A stretch of 64,000 bases of DNA from Thermoproteota archaeon (GTDB lineage Archaea > Thermoproteota > Nitrososphaeria_A > Caldarchaeales > Calditenuaceae). The DNA lies in NCBI GenBank assembly GCA_030550155.1, contig JAUQPZ010000001.1, forward strand, positions 974-64,973, given 5' to 3'. A program made the translations under genes and the position numbers. Below, in pieces: positions 35,241-45,104 of the stretch. Each line of letters starts with the position of its first letter. The stretch's first letter is position 1. Under the pieces are notes generated by a model that made no database searches, had not been told where the DNA came from, and worked only from the letters and a program-made list of their open reading frames with translations.

Positions 35241-35962
35241 ACGACTCTGTATCTTTTCACGGCTTCTCTGAAGCTCATGCCTCTCCTGACCGCGCTCCGG
35301 AACTCGGTCTCGGCCCTGACCTTGTGCTCCGCCTCTCGTAGAACCTCTTCCACCAGGTCTCTGGGGATCACTACAACGCCGTCGAGGTCACCGAAGACTA
35401 TGTCGCCTGGCCTAACCCTCACCCCTCCACATATCACCTCCACCTCGGTCTCCGAGAACTCTACACGCCCCTTCGAGTCGGCCGGCGTGAACCCGGCAGA
35501 ATAGACCTGGAATGGTGGAGTTATCTCGAGGATTTTAGGGACATCCCTAATCACTCCATCTGTAACAGCAGCGACCGCTCCCCTCGCCCTAGCGGCATTC
35601 GACATCAACTCTCCCCAGCAGGCCGCCTCTCTGTTACCCCCGCAAGCCACAACAACCACACAGCCTTCGTAGCAGGCGTCGAAGATCGCTGCAAGCGACT
35701 CTATATTCCTCTCACCCCGCCTGTAGGAGGAGTACCAATATGTTGAGACCGTCACCGCTGGGCCAACGATCTTCAAATCACTGTATAGTGGCCTGAGATT
35801 CCCTCTGAGTACTTGCTCAGTGTATCCAATATCGTCTAAAATGTCTGCGACAGCAGGTACGTAGAGCTGGCTGAAACGATTTCTAAGCTCTACTAAATCC
35901 ATCTCAGCTAAAGAGCTCCTGGCTCCATGAATATATATTATATTTCGACGGCGCCCAATCAA
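35237..35962 (-). CDS. RraA-family protein (RraA / 4-hydroxy-4-methyl-2-oxoglutarate aldolase-like)
   Basis: 241 aa. VADILDDIGY, KIVGPAVTV, CWGELMSNAARARGAVAAVTDGVIRD and GDIVFGDLDGVVVIPRD. Confidence 0.8.
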   Translation of the reverse strand: MIGRRRNIIYIHGARSSLAEMDLVELRNRFSQLYVPAVADILDDIGYTEQVLRGNLRPLYSDLKIVGPAVTVSTYWYSSYRRGERNIESLAAIFDACYEGCVVVVACGGNREAACWGELMSNAARARGAVAAVTDGVIRDVPKILEITPPFQVYSAGFTPADSKGRVEFSETEVEVICGGVRVRPGDIVFGDLDGVVVIPRDLVEEVLREAEHKVRAETEFRSAVRRGMSFREAVKRYRVV

Positions 35963-35977
35963 GTGTTTGGGGCCCTG

Positions 35978-36979
35978 CTATGGGATTAGCTCCCCCCTTA
36001 GATTATACCCTCTTTCTTTAAGCCTATTGACGGCTCGCTTTAGTGCTTCCTTAAGCTCCTTAACCCTGTTCTCTGGGAGCTCGTCGTATGTGAAGGCCCA
36101 GTAGCCCCACTCGATTCCTGCCGCGTATTTCAGCTTGTCTGCGTAGCGGTGGATTGTGTAGAACTCTATGTGCAAGTGGTAGTGGGGGTAGTGGCCCTTG
36201 ACTGGGGCTTGGTGTGTGACCATCATGTAGGGTAGGCTGAAATTGAACAGGGAGTTATACATCGAGACAGCAACTAGGAGTGTCTCGGATAAACTCTCTT
36301 TCTCTCCATCTGTAAGTTGTGAGAGGAGTTGGAAGTGCCTTCTCGGATAAATGTGACACTCGTGGGGCCACTGGGCATAATAGGGGAGAATCAGAATGAA
36401 GTCCCTGTTCCTGTAGATCACCCTCTCACCCAACTCCTCCTCCTTTACGATGTCGCAGACAAGGCAAGATCCTTTATCCTTGTAGTAGCCTTCCATCGAG
36501 GCAAGCTCCCTCTCAATCCGCAGTGGTATGAAGGGCAGTGCGTATATCTGGGAGTGGGGGTGATGAATCGAGACGCCTATTAGCTCGCCTTTATTCCTGA
36601 AAGGGGCCACATATTTGATTCCAGGGTCTTCAGCCAGCTCTGCAGTCTCGCGCCCAAGTATATCCACGTATTTGACCAGGTTCTGGAAAGGTATTGTGTC
36701 AAGATCACCTTCATGCTCAGTCGTCTCTATCACAACTTTACACCTTCCATAGCCTGGCTCGAGCTTTGAGAAGCTTGGCGGTGTGGATGTAACGGAGGGT
36801 GAGGTAGAGAGGGAGGGGTATCTGTTGTCGAGAGATATGACGTCCCAGCCGTATCCTGTCTCAGGCGCTCCGGGGCAGAAGGGGCATGTCGCATCTCGCC
36901 ATGGTCTTGTTGCCCTGCCGCTCGCAACTATGACCCAAGTGCCAAGTAATGGATGCCAGCGTATCTCGTTTACACTCAT
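35978..36979 (-). CDS. galT: galactose-1-phosphate uridylyltransferase
   Basis: 333 aa. CPFCPG zinc motif, GVSIHHPHSQIYALPF (HxHxQ active site) and a second HIT-like half. ATGA overlap with galK verified at 36976-36979. Confidence 0.9.
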   Translation of the reverse strand: MSVNEIRWHPLLGTWVIVASGRATRPWRDATCPFCPGAPETGYGWDVISLDNRYPSLSTSPSVTSTPPSFSKLEPGYGRCKVVIETTEHEGDLDTIPFQNLVKYVDILGRETAELAEDPGIKYVAPFRNKGELIGVSIHHPHSQIYALPFIPLRIERELASMEGYYKDKGSCLVCDIVKEEELGERVIYRNRDFILILPYYAQWPHECHIYPRRHFQLLSQLTDGEKESLSETLLVAVSMYNSLFNFSLPYMMVTHQAPVKGHYPHYHLHIEFYTIHRYADKLKYAAGIEWGYWAFTYDELPENRVKELKEALKRAVNRLKERGYNLRGELIP

Positions 36980-38181
36980 TCAGAGTAATCAAGCGAGGAG
37001 CCTCTATCTATCTTTAACATCCACCCCCTAACAGCCCCCGCGCCTAGGGCGGCCTCCAGCACTCTCCGAGACGACTCCTCATCCCTGCAAAGGGCGATGA
37101 GACACCCGCCCATTCCCGCTCCACTTATCTTCACCCCAAGAGCACCACTCTCCAGCATTGAGTTCCGTATCCTCTCAAGCTCCGGGAGACTAACCTCATA
37201 CAGGTCTCTGAGTAGTTCGTGCTGCTCGTTGATGATCTTGGCTAGTGCCTCCAAATCGCCTGTCCCTCTCTTTATAAGCTCGAGCGCAAGCCTCGTTGAC
37301 TCGTTGGCAAGAAGAGTATAAGCTATTCTCCCAGCCTCCTGCCTGCTAAGCTGTCTGATGTAGGGCTCGAGATCTTGGTAAGTGATTTCCATCCAGTTCA
37401 CCGAGTCGAAGCTCTCTCCAAGGTGTTTTCTGACGTAACCGGGGAGACTCATTTTCAAAAGCTTTCTCAGCCCCTCGTTCAGCTCTCTCTGCCTCACAGG
37501 ATGGATGCTGCCAACGCTATGCCGAATTCCCGAGTCTACCGCTACGAAGCTCGCGCCCTCAATTGGGAGGACCTCGTATTTCACTGGCGGCGAGGGATAA
37601 AGGAGGATAGCATTACCGATTGCGGAGCTGTATTGGTCCAATCTCCCACACGGTATCCCCATAACTTCTTTCTCCGCAACAAAACACGTCTCTGCGAGCT
37701 CCATCTTGTCGAGTCCCAAGGCCCAGTAATTGTTCAGAAACTCTCCAAAAGCCACCTCCAAGGCTGCGCTACTCGCTAACCCACTGCCAATGGGGACCTC
37801 ACTAGATATGTACAGCTCGCCGCCGATGGAGTAGGAGCCAACCCTCTCACCCACCACTCTGAGCACAGCCCTCAGATAGTCGCCGAACCATCCCCGACCA
37901 CGGAGCAAGGGGCTCTTGACGCTGAACTCGTCCAGGTGTTCTTCTCCGCGCTCTTGGAGCGTTAGACTGCGGACGCGAAAAACATCTGGCCGCTTCTCAA
38001 CAATCCCGATATACGTCCTAAGAGTTACTGCTATCGGGACTACAGGCAGCCCCTTATAGTCTTGATGAGTGTTGAGAAAATCCATCCTGCCAGGTGCTGA
38101 GACGACGAGAAAGGGCTTCTTTCCGGCGTATCTTTCAACTTTAGAGATGAAGGCCTGGACCTTGCCGTTCGCCCCGCTCAA
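36976..38181 (-). CDS. galK: galactokinase (GHMP kinase)
   Basis: 401 aa. APGRMDFLNTHQDYKGLPVVPIAV (galactokinase signature) and PIGSGLASSAALEVA (GHMP motif II). Confidence 0.9.
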   Translation of the reverse strand: MSGANGKVQAFISKVERYAGKKPFLVVSAPGRMDFLNTHQDYKGLPVVPIAVTLRTYIGIVEKRPDVFRVRSLTLQERGEEHLDEFSVKSPLLRGRGWFGDYLRAVLRVVGERVGSYSIGGELYISSEVPIGSGLASSAALEVAFGEFLNNYWALGLDKMELAETCFVAEKEVMGIPCGRLDQYSSAIGNAILLYPSPPVKYEVLPIEGASFVAVDSGIRHSVGSIHPVRQRELNEGLRKLLKMSLPGYVRKHLGESFDSVNWMEITYQDLEPYIRQLSRQEAGRIAYTLLANESTRLALELIKRGTGDLEALAKIINEQHELLRDLYEVSLPELERIRNSMLESGALGVKISGAGMGGCLIALCRDEESSRRVLEAALGAGAVRGWMLKIDRGSSLDYSE

Positions 38182-38200
38182 TCCATCTCACCAAGCATCG

Positions 38201-38237
38201 ACAAAAATAAGGAGCCAGAAGATACATAAATTTAAAC
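38201..38237. promoter_or_regulatory. divergent promoter region with two A+T boxes (galK on minus, B3/4 gene on plus)
   Basis: acaaaaataa (38201-38210) is about 25 nt from the galK start at 38181. cataaatttaaacc (38225-38238) is about 30 nt from GTG 38261. Confidence 0.4.
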
Positions 38238-38260
38238 CAGTCTAGAAATCTTGAGCCTAC

Positions 38261-38926
38261 GTGATCGCGGAGGATGTACCGCTGGAGATAGACGCTGATC
38301 TGCAATCATGTTTTCCAGGACTATATGCCCTTGCCTTCAGGGTGAAGAACCTGGATTTTGGCTTAGGTGAGGCTGGGGTGGAGGAGCTGATAAAGCGGGT
38401 TACAGAGGAGATCAGGCTAAGATATACATTAGAGGGGCTTAAAGACGTCCCAGTGTTTAGGGCGTATAGAGATTTTTTCTGGAAAATCGGGATCGACCCC
38501 ACAAAGATGAGGCCGTCCTCAGAGGCTCTTGTAAGGAGAGTCTTGATGGGTAGAGAGTTTCCGAGAATCAACCTGCTCGTGGACCTCTACAACCTCGCCT
38601 CAATGAAGACTGGCATCACCATGGCGGCTTATGATGATGCGAAGATAGAGGGAAGGCTAAAACTATCTTGGGGCGCGGCTGGAGAAAGGTTCAGGGGCAT
38701 AGGCATGGATAAAGAGATCTTTTTGAAGGGGAATGAGGTTGTTCTGCGAGACGATAGCTCGGTCCTCTCAATTTATCCTTACAGGGACTCTGACCATTCC
38801 AAGACGGACAACAACACCCGCTCCGCGACGATAATGGCGTGTGGCGTGCCAGGCATAGATATCTACCTCTTAAGAGAAGCTAAAGAGACGCTGATAGAAT
38901 ATTTGTCCCTAGTCCTGGACCGGTAA
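38261..38926 (+). CDS. B3/B4 tRNA-binding domain protein (PheRS-beta editing-domain-like, stand-alone)
   Basis: 221 aa. RPSSEALVRRVLMGREFPRINLLVDLYNLASMKTGITMAAYD is the typical B3/4 core. Confidence 0.75.
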   Translation: MIAEDVPLEIDADLQSCFPGLYALAFRVKNLDFGLGEAGVEELIKRVTEEIRLRYTLEGLKDVPVFRAYRDFFWKIGIDPTKMRPSSEALVRRVLMGREFPRINLLVDLYNLASMKTGITMAAYDDAKIEGRLKLSWGAAGERFRGIGMDKEIFLKGNEVVLRDDSSVLSIYPYRDSDHSKTDNNTRSATIMACGVPGIDIYLLREAKETLIEYLSLVLDR

Positions 38927-38970
38927 TCGTTTCACCTATAAGGTCAACCCCAACAAACTATCTAGCGACG

Positions 38971-39960
38971 TTGAGGCGGGAAGGGACCATCTGCCTCGGA
39001 ATCGAGTCAACAGCCCACACCTTCGGAGTGGGCATTGTCTCTTCCAATGGAGAGATACTCGCGAACGAGAACGATATTTACCGGCCACGAAGCGGCGGAA
39101 TACATCCGCGCGAGGCAGCCCAACACCATGCCTCCGTGGCACACCACGTTTTGAGGAGGGCGATAAGCCGGGCTGGCGTGAATTTAGGAGAGGTGGATGT
39201 TATTGCCTTCTCCTATGGCCCTGGACTGGGCCCCTGCCTCAGGACTGGCGCGACCATAGCCCGAGCCCTTGCCCTCAAGTTGAGAAGACCTCTAGTCGCC
39301 GTGAACCATGGGGTCGCACACATAGTCATCGGAAAGCTCACAACTGGCTTCAAGGACCCGGTTGTACTCTATGTGGCGGGGGGAAACACGCTTGTTACGA
39401 CGCTCCACGAGAAGCGATACAGGCTGCTGGGAGAGACGCTGGACATAGCCGCGGGAAACTGTCTTGATGTCTTCGGAATAAAGGCGGGCATAGGACCAAT
39501 GCCAGCCCCAGAAGAGTATGCCAAGCTAGGCAAGGTCTTCTACCCCCTGCCTCTCCATGTCAAGGGAATGGACGTATCATTCTCAGGCCTACTCACATCC
39601 GCAGAAAAACTGCTCGAGGCAGGCAAGGCTGTGCCAGACATCGCCCTATCCTTGACAGAGACCATATACGCGATGTTGACGGAGGTGCTTGAGCGGGCGC
39701 TCGCCCTCACACAGAAGAAGGAGGTTCTTCTCGTCGGAGGGCTTGCAAGAAGTAGACGGCTCCAACAGATGATAACAGAGATGGTAAAGATACACGGAGC
39801 GGAGTTCAAGCCAATACCCGACCAATTCCTAGGCGATAACGGAGCCATGATAGCTTGGAACGGGCTAAAGATGTTTCTTAGCGGCCACGAGACAAGCATA
39901 GAGAGAAGCTTTGTCAAACCGAGGCTAAGATTAGACGAGACCGAGGTTACCTGGGATTGA
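38971..39960 (+). CDS. kae1: tRNA N6-adenosine threonylcarbamoyltransferase Kae1 (KEOPS)
   Basis: 329 aa. CLGIESTAHTFGVGIV, VNHGVAHI (His pair), GGNT and the C-terminal LGDNGAMIAW. Confidence 0.9.
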   Translation: MRREGTICLGIESTAHTFGVGIVSSNGEILANENDIYRPRSGGIHPREAAQHHASVAHHVLRRAISRAGVNLGEVDVIAFSYGPGLGPCLRTGATIARALALKLRRPLVAVNHGVAHIVIGKLTTGFKDPVVLYVAGGNTLVTTLHEKRYRLLGETLDIAAGNCLDVFGIKAGIGPMPAPEEYAKLGKVFYPLPLHVKGMDVSFSGLLTSAEKLLEAGKAVPDIALSLTETIYAMLTEVLERALALTQKKEVLLVGGLARSRRLQQMITEMVKIHGAEFKPIPDQFLGDNGAMIAWNGLKMFLSGHETSIERSFVKPRLRLDETEVTWD

Positions 39961-40610
39961 TAGAAGAGACGCTAGATCAGGGGGTGATCAAGATAGGCGC
40001 GGAGGCTGTCCTCCGGAAACTCTGCTGGAGGGGCCTGACCATAGTTGAGAAGAAGAGGCTCCCCAAGCCATATAGGCATCCACATCTAGACCAGGAGGTC
40101 AGGTCCTCACGAACCCTGAAAGAAGTCAGAGTCATGATGAGGGCTAAGGAGGTAGGAGTTTCATGCCCCGCCGTCCTCCACGTCGACATCCAAGAAGCAG
40201 CCATTTACATGCAGTTTATCGAGGGGATAGAGCTGAGGCAGCTACTGGCAGCAAAAGCTCCAAGCCTAGGAGAGATAGCATATAAGCTCGGAGAGGCACT
40301 TGCCAAATTACACGAGACAGACATTTACCACGGAGACTTTGTGCCGTCTAACGTGATAGTTGTGGGGGAGCAACCAGTCCTCGTCGACTTCGGTTTAAGC
40401 GGATTCACCAGCGACATAGAGGAGCTCGCTATAGACTTCCACCTTTTCGAGAGGGGGCTGGCTGCAGCGCATCCAGCGATTACAGGGGAGTTGATGACCT
40501 CTTTCCGAAGCGGATATGAGGGTGTTGTGGGCGTCTCTAGGCGCGCCGAGGTTGAGGCGCGAGTTGCGGAGATTAGGAGCCGTGCGCGATACGTGGAGAG
40601 AAGCAGCTAG
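39957..40610 (+). CDS. bud32: KEOPS kinase/ATPase Bud32
   Basis: 217 aa. IKIGAEAVL, small RIO-like kinase core IYHGDFVPSNVIV and LVDFGLS. 4-nt overlap with kae1, not fused. Confidence 0.85.
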   Translation: MIEETLDQGVIKIGAEAVLRKLCWRGLTIVEKKRLPKPYRHPHLDQEVRSSRTLKEVRVMMRAKEVGVSCPAVLHVDIQEAAIYMQFIEGIELRQLLAAKAPSLGEIAYKLGEALAKLHETDIYHGDFVPSNVIVVGEQPVLVDFGLSGFTSDIEELAIDFHLFERGLAAAHPAITGELMTSFRSGYEGVVGVSRRAEVEARVAEIRSRARYVERSS

Positions 40611-41191
40611 ATGTCGCGGGCAAGGCTCCGGTCTCCGAGATGGGCGATTAGTTTTTTTAGAGCCTTTACCCGGTGTGAGTAGACATTCTTCTCTAAAAGC
40701 GTCATCTCAGCGAACGTCCTTCCATCACCTTCTCTCGGTATAAATATCGGGTCAAATCCAAAACCTCCTGAACCCCGCGGCTCAGCAGCAATATAACCTT
40801 CCACCTCTCCAGTGAAAACTGCAGCTACTCCATAAGAGTCTACGTAGCAGATAGCTGACCTGAAAGAGGCGTTTCGCTCATCCACGCCAGCTAGCAGCCT
40901 GAGGACACCACCAACCCCGATGGTCCTGTAGATATAGGATGAGTAGGGGCCGGGGAAGCCGTTAAGAGCGTCGATATATAGGCCAGCGTCCTCAACCATG
41001 ACTCCACCGCCCCAACGCCTATAAGCATCCAGCCCCGCGTGATACGCTATCTCGCCCAAGTCGTCTGACTGAATCTCCAACACATTCTCCCTGATCCAGG
41101 AGCACTCAACCCCTAAGCTCTGAAGAACGGATGAAAACTCAGCCCACTTCCCAGGATTTGTAGTAACCACCCTGAGGCCCGGTATCAACAC
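40607..41191 (-). CDS. non-canonical purine NTP pyrophosphatase (Ham1/RdgB/ITPase)
   Basis: 194 aa. VTTNPGKWAEF, EDAGLYIDALNGFPGPYSS and GFGFDPIF. Confidence 0.85.
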   Translation of the reverse strand: MLIPGLRVVTTNPGKWAEFSSVLQSLGVECSWIRENVLEIQSDDLGEIAYHAGLDAYRRWGGGVMVEDAGLYIDALNGFPGPYSSYIYRTIGVGGVLRLLAGVDERNASFRSAICYVDSYGVAAVFTGEVEGYIAAEPRGSGGFGFDPIFIPREGDGRTFAEMTLLEKNVYSHRVKALKKLIAHLGDRSLARDI

Positions 41192-41288
41192 GCCTTAACC
41201 ACCCAAGCCAAATCCATGAAGAGGCGTGGCACTCGATAAGGATTTACGGCGATAAAGGGAGTTTAAATCCAAGTTTTACTAGAGAGTC

Positions 41289-42461
41289 ATGGTGAACTAC
41301 ATGAGCATCGAGCTCCACCTCACCCCCCTCGCGATAGTTTATAGAGAGGGCGGAGGGCAGATGGGCTATATCAGACTTATCACTGATGGGGAAAACTATC
41401 TAGCCTCGATTCTGGCTGGCGAGGAGTGCCCGCCCGTCAGAGAGGTAGCCGAATTCATAAGGAGGGGCGATGTGAGAAAAGTTTACTCATCGTCCCCACA
41501 GCTCATCACCGTCCTCTCGAGAATTCTGCCAGAGATAGTGTTTGAAAGAGTCAAACCAAGCGAGCCCCTAGAGAAGCTTGCTGTCTCAGCAAACCTCGCA
41601 CAGAGCCTAAAGCAATACAGGGAGGCAGTCTGGAAAACCTCACTCAGGCTTGTGGAGGAGTCAATCCGTAAAGCTGTTCAGAGGAGAGACCTCATGATTG
41701 TGCAGGCGGTGAACTATCTGGATGACCTACAGAAGATCATAAACATGGCTGCCTCGAGGCTCATGGAGTGGTTTGGAACTCATTTCCCGGAGCTCCGTGA
41801 ATTCGTCAGCGACCCCCAAAGATACGCGGAGCTTGTCTATGAATACAGGGAAAGGGAGGGGTTGAGAGCCGCGGTGCAGGCGGGCAAGTTAGAGGGTGAG
41901 ACATCAAAAAAGATCGCCGAGGCCGCCGAAAGGAGCGTGGGTGTTGACGTAGCCGAGCAGGACAAGAGGATGATGTGGGAGCTGGCCTCCACGATACTCG
42001 ACTTAATCAAGCAGCGAGGGAGCATGGAAAAATACGTCAGGAACTTGATGGATATAGAAGCCCCCAACCTCTCATCGATAGCCGGCCCGATTTTGGGCGC
42101 CAGACTGATCTCGCTGGCAGGAGGTTTACAGAACCTCGCCAAAATGCCTGCGAGCACAATACAGGTCCTCGGCGCGGAAAAGGCTCTTTTCAGATTCTTT
42201 AAAACAGGTAGGGGTGCGCCAAAGCACGGAGTCATCTTTCAACACCCCTACGTCCATAGTTCACCCAAGTGGCAAAGAGGAAAGATAGCCAGGACTCTCG
42301 CGACAAAGATAGCCCTTGCGGCAAGGATAGACTACTACTCTCGCGAGGATAGGTCGGCGGAGATAAAAGCTGCTCTCGAGAAAAGAGTGCAGGAGATCAA
42401 GCAGAAGTATGCTTCACCCCCCATCAAGGCCAGGCAGCCTGGTAGGAGGAGGTCTAGATGA
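41289..42461 (+). CDS. nop5: C/D box sRNP core protein Nop5 (Nop56/58)
   Basis: 390 aa. NOP domain GPILGARLISLAGGLQNLAKMPASTIQVLGAEKALFR and GAPKHGVIFQHP, with a basic C-terminal tail. A+T box tttaaat lies about 25 nt upstream. Confidence 0.9.
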   Translation: MVNYMSIELHLTPLAIVYREGGGQMGYIRLITDGENYLASILAGEECPPVREVAEFIRRGDVRKVYSSSPQLITVLSRILPEIVFERVKPSEPLEKLAVSANLAQSLKQYREAVWKTSLRLVEESIRKAVQRRDLMIVQAVNYLDDLQKIINMAASRLMEWFGTHFPELREFVSDPQRYAELVYEYREREGLRAAVQAGKLEGETSKKIAEAAERSVGVDVAEQDKRMMWELASTILDLIKQRGSMEKYVRNLMDIEAPNLSSIAGPILGARLISLAGGLQNLAKMPASTIQVLGAEKALFRFFKTGRGAPKHGVIFQHPYVHSSPKWQRGKIARTLATKIALAARIDYYSREDRSAEIKAALEKRVQEIKQKYASPPIKARQPGRRRSR

Positions 42462-43144
42462 GCGTAGAGGAGAGCTCCGTGTTCGAGGGTGTCTACACGC
42501 TGAGCGTGGGGGGTCAGCGGTTATTAGCTACCAAAAACTTGGACAGAGGGTTCAGCGTATATGGCGAGAGGCTATACGAGGTGGGAGGAGACGAGTATAG
42601 GGAATGGGTCCCCTACAGGAGTAAACTTGCAGCAGCGATACTTTCTGGACTAAAGTCTTGGAATCTTGGTCGAGGTAAGACCGTCCTTTATCTGGGTGCG
42701 GCCTCGGGAACCACGATAAGCCATGTCTCCGACATCATAGGGCTTGAGGGAATGGCCTATGCGGTCGAGTTTGCTCCGCGAGTGATATCTCAGCTGATAG
42801 AGAGGGTAGCACGTAGACGTAGAAACGTCATAGCAATCTTCTCAGACGCCAGAATGCCTGAGAAATATCTCGGAATAGCAGACATAGTTGATACAATCTA
42901 CTGCGACATAGCTCAGCCTGAACAAGCCAAGATACTCATAGATAATGCTGAACTTTTTTTGAAGAGCGGTGGAGAGGTGCTAATAGCGATCAAGGCCAGG
43001 AGCATTGACAGTGTGGAAGACCCTGACAAGGTCTTCCGCCGTGAGATAGGGACCATGGAGAACGCCGGTCTAAAGGTTCTGGAGTCTGTCAAGTTGGCGC
43101 CATTCGAAGAAGACCATGTAATGGTAAGGGCCAGATATGAGTAA
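42458..43144 (+). CDS. flpA: fibrillarin-like rRNA/tRNA 2'-O-methyltransferase
   Basis: 228 aa. YGERLYEV..EYREWVPYRSKLAAAIL, VLYLGAASGTTISHVSDI and DIAQPEQA. Confidence 0.95.
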   Translation: MSVEESSVFEGVYTLSVGGQRLLATKNLDRGFSVYGERLYEVGGDEYREWVPYRSKLAAAILSGLKSWNLGRGKTVLYLGAASGTTISHVSDIIGLEGMAYAVEFAPRVISQLIERVARRRRNVIAIFSDARMPEKYLGIADIVDTIYCDIAQPEQAKILIDNAELFLKSGGEVLIAIKARSIDSVEDPDKVFRREIGTMENAGLKVLESVKLAPFEEDHVMVRARYE

Positions 43145-43817
43145 TGCTAAGAAGGTATGCGGGGTTGACGAGGCCGGCCGAGGAGCGGTCATCGGCCCAC
43201 TGGTTGTAGCTGGAGTGGCTGTCAGCGAGGACGCGGTTCAAGCCATCATAGAGACAGGTGCAAAAGACTCGAAAAAACTTTCCAAGAAAAAAAGAGAACA
43301 AATCTATGAGAGACTGAAAAACCTCGGAGTTGAGGCCAGCTATAGGCTCCTCGAGCCAGAGAAAGTTGATTCCTACACGCGAAGGCGCGGTGGCCCTGGA
43401 ATAAACAGCCTCGAGCTCGAGGCCATAGTATCCATAGCTGAGGAGCTTCAGCCCCACATCTTAGTTGTTGACTCGCCGTTAAGGAACTATGAGAAGCTGC
43501 AAGCCGAGCTCTCCAAGCGGCTAAACTCTATCGAGATAATCTGCAGATGTCATGCCGATTCAGACTATCCGGTAGTTGGCGCCGCATCTGTAGTTGCAAA
43601 AGTCATTCGAGACTTGACCATAGCCGAGTTGTCTAAAACACTCGGGGAAATCGGCTCAGGCTACCCATCAGACCCGAAGACAATATCTTATATCAGACAG
43701 TTGATTGCACACGGCGGGTTGAGCAGAGAAGTGAGAAGGTCTTGGAGGACCATAGACAGGGTCATGCCTCGGCTAACAGATTACCTCGACACGGGGGGAG
43801 ACACAAAGCTAAGCTAA
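43137..43817 (+). CDS. rnhB: ribonuclease HII
   Basis: 226 aa. CGVDEAGRGAVIGPLVVAGV (DEAGRG active site), AASVVAKV and GSGYPSDP. Confidence 0.9.
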   Translation: MSNAKKVCGVDEAGRGAVIGPLVVAGVAVSEDAVQAIIETGAKDSKKLSKKKREQIYERLKNLGVEASYRLLEPEKVDSYTRRRGGPGINSLELEAIVSIAEELQPHILVVDSPLRNYEKLQAELSKRLNSIEIICRCHADSDYPVVGAASVVAKVIRDLTIAELSKTLGEIGSGYPSDPKTISYIRQLIAHGGLSREVRRSWRTIDRVMPRLTDYLDTGGDTKLS

Positions 43818-43827
43818 TTTATATAAA
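43818..43827 (+). promoter_or_regulatory. TATA-like box (tttatataaa) for the DUF47-like gene
   Basis: Lies about 35 nt upstream of ATG 43859 and immediately after the rnhB stop. Confidence 0.4.
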
Positions 43828-43858
43828 GCAGACTACACATATCTCCTATCAGGTACTC

Positions 43859-44521
43859 ATGGTTACTAGGTCCCGTCAAGATGATATCGAAACACTTCTC
43901 ATCCAGATAACCCACGAATGCGTAATCAAGGTGAGCAGCTGTATGAGAATCTTCTCCTCGATGCTTACTCAACTCACCTCTATTGGAGCATTTGACGCCG
44001 CGGAGAAAAACTTTCAAGAAATACTGAGAATTGACGAGGAGTGCAAGATTCTCAAACGCAACGCTGAACAACAGTTGATGACCTATGGCGTGCTTCTAGT
44101 TCAGAGAGGAGAGTACATCAGGGTCTTGGCGCTGCTCGACAAGATGCTCGACAAAATAGAGGGAGCAGCGTATCGAGCCTTAACACTCTACAAGCTTAAC
44201 GGATTTGAGGACCCGGCCGCGTGTGGTCTCTCTGAGATAACAGAAAAAGTCTATGAAGGGCTTGAAATACTCAAAGAATGCCTTAGAGCTCTGTTGCTCA
44301 ACGTGACAGCCCTACACGAAAAACTGGACGAGGTCGAGCTAAATGAAAAAATGGTTGACGGGCTATACAGAAGTGTTGATGTTGAGATACTTCAAAGTAA
44401 ACTTAAAGTTCCTCACATGATTCTCGCCAGAGAGATAGCAAGTATACTTGAGGATATTGCAGACAGTGCAGAGGAAATATCCAACATTATAAGGGCTATC
44501 TATCCACGCGGCAGATATTGA
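43859..44521 (+). CDS. DUF47/PhoU-like protein (putative phosphate-transport-regulator-related helical protein)
   Basis: The ORF track starts at 43742 inside rnhB. I prefer the in-frame ATG 43859 after the TATA box. Helical repeat character and the C-terminal AREIASILEDIADSAEEISNIIRAI are typical of DUF47. The gene is A+T-rich. Confidence 0.65.
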   Translation: MVTRSRQDDIETLLIQITHECVIKVSSCMRIFSSMLTQLTSIGAFDAAEKNFQEILRIDEECKILKRNAEQQLMTYGVLLVQRGEYIRVLALLDKMLDKIEGAAYRALTLYKLNGFEDPAACGLSEITEKVYEGLEILKECLRALLLNVTALHEKLDEVELNEKMVDGLYRSVDVEILQSKLKVPHMILAREIASILEDIADSAEEISNIIRAIYPRGRY

Positions 44522-44546
44522 GCAAGGATTTTGGCGTCACTGCGAC

Positions 44547-45104
44547 ATGAAAGAAGAGTCACGGAAGGTTATTCGGTCAGACCTAGTCGAGACTAATGTT
44601 GTGGTGTTCAGTCATGAGGATGCGAGGCAGTTATTTTCAAGTGGGTTTTATGGTAAGCCCCTCGGAGTGCCGAAGCCCCGGGGAGCAGACTTCGAGGCCC
44701 CTCTCGTACTTGACATAATCGAGGCCTGTTATCTCTCAGAAAAGCGTTTATTGGAGGTTTATAGAGGAGACACGCACGTCAGGGACGAAGAGCTTTTCAC
44801 AATAGGAGAGAAGGTTAGCGGCAGGTTTAGAGAGCTTTACGCCGTTTACAGGGACCTGCGTGAGCGTGGATTTATCGTGACTCCCGGATTAAAGTTCGGC
44901 AGCGATTTCGCTGTGTATAAGTACGGGCCTGGGATCGACCATGCTCCTTTCATCGTTCAGGTGAAAGGCATGGGTGAAGAGGTCTCTGCCACTGAGCTGG
45001 TGAGGGCCGGTCGACTCGCAACTACTGTCCGTAAAAACTTCATCATAGCTGTGCCGGAAGAGGGGAGGGTAAGATACCTGCTCTTCTCTTGGACCAAGAT
45101 TTAG
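44547..45104 (+). CDS. endA: tRNA-splicing endonuclease (catalytic EndA subunit)
   Basis: 185 aa. YRDLRERGFIVTPGLKFGSDFAVYKYGPGIDHAPFIVQV contains the catalytic Tyr/His region. Confidence 0.85.
   Translation: MKEESRKVIRSDLVETNVVVFSHEDARQLFSSGFYGKPLGVPKPRGADFEAPLVLDIIEACYLSEKRLLEVYRGDTHVRDEELFTIGEKVSGRFRELYAVYRDLRERGFIVTPGLKFGSDFAVYKYGPGIDHAPFIVQVKGMGEEVSATELVRAGRLATTVRKNFIIAVPEEGRVRYLLFSWTKI

Noticed and set aside
43742-43858. N-terminal extension of the DUF47-like ORF into rnhB
   Set aside because: It overlaps rnhB by 76 nt and reads as out-of-frame junk (MEDHRQGHASANRLPRHGGRHKAK). A TATA-like box and an in-frame ATG at 43859 give a sensible start.
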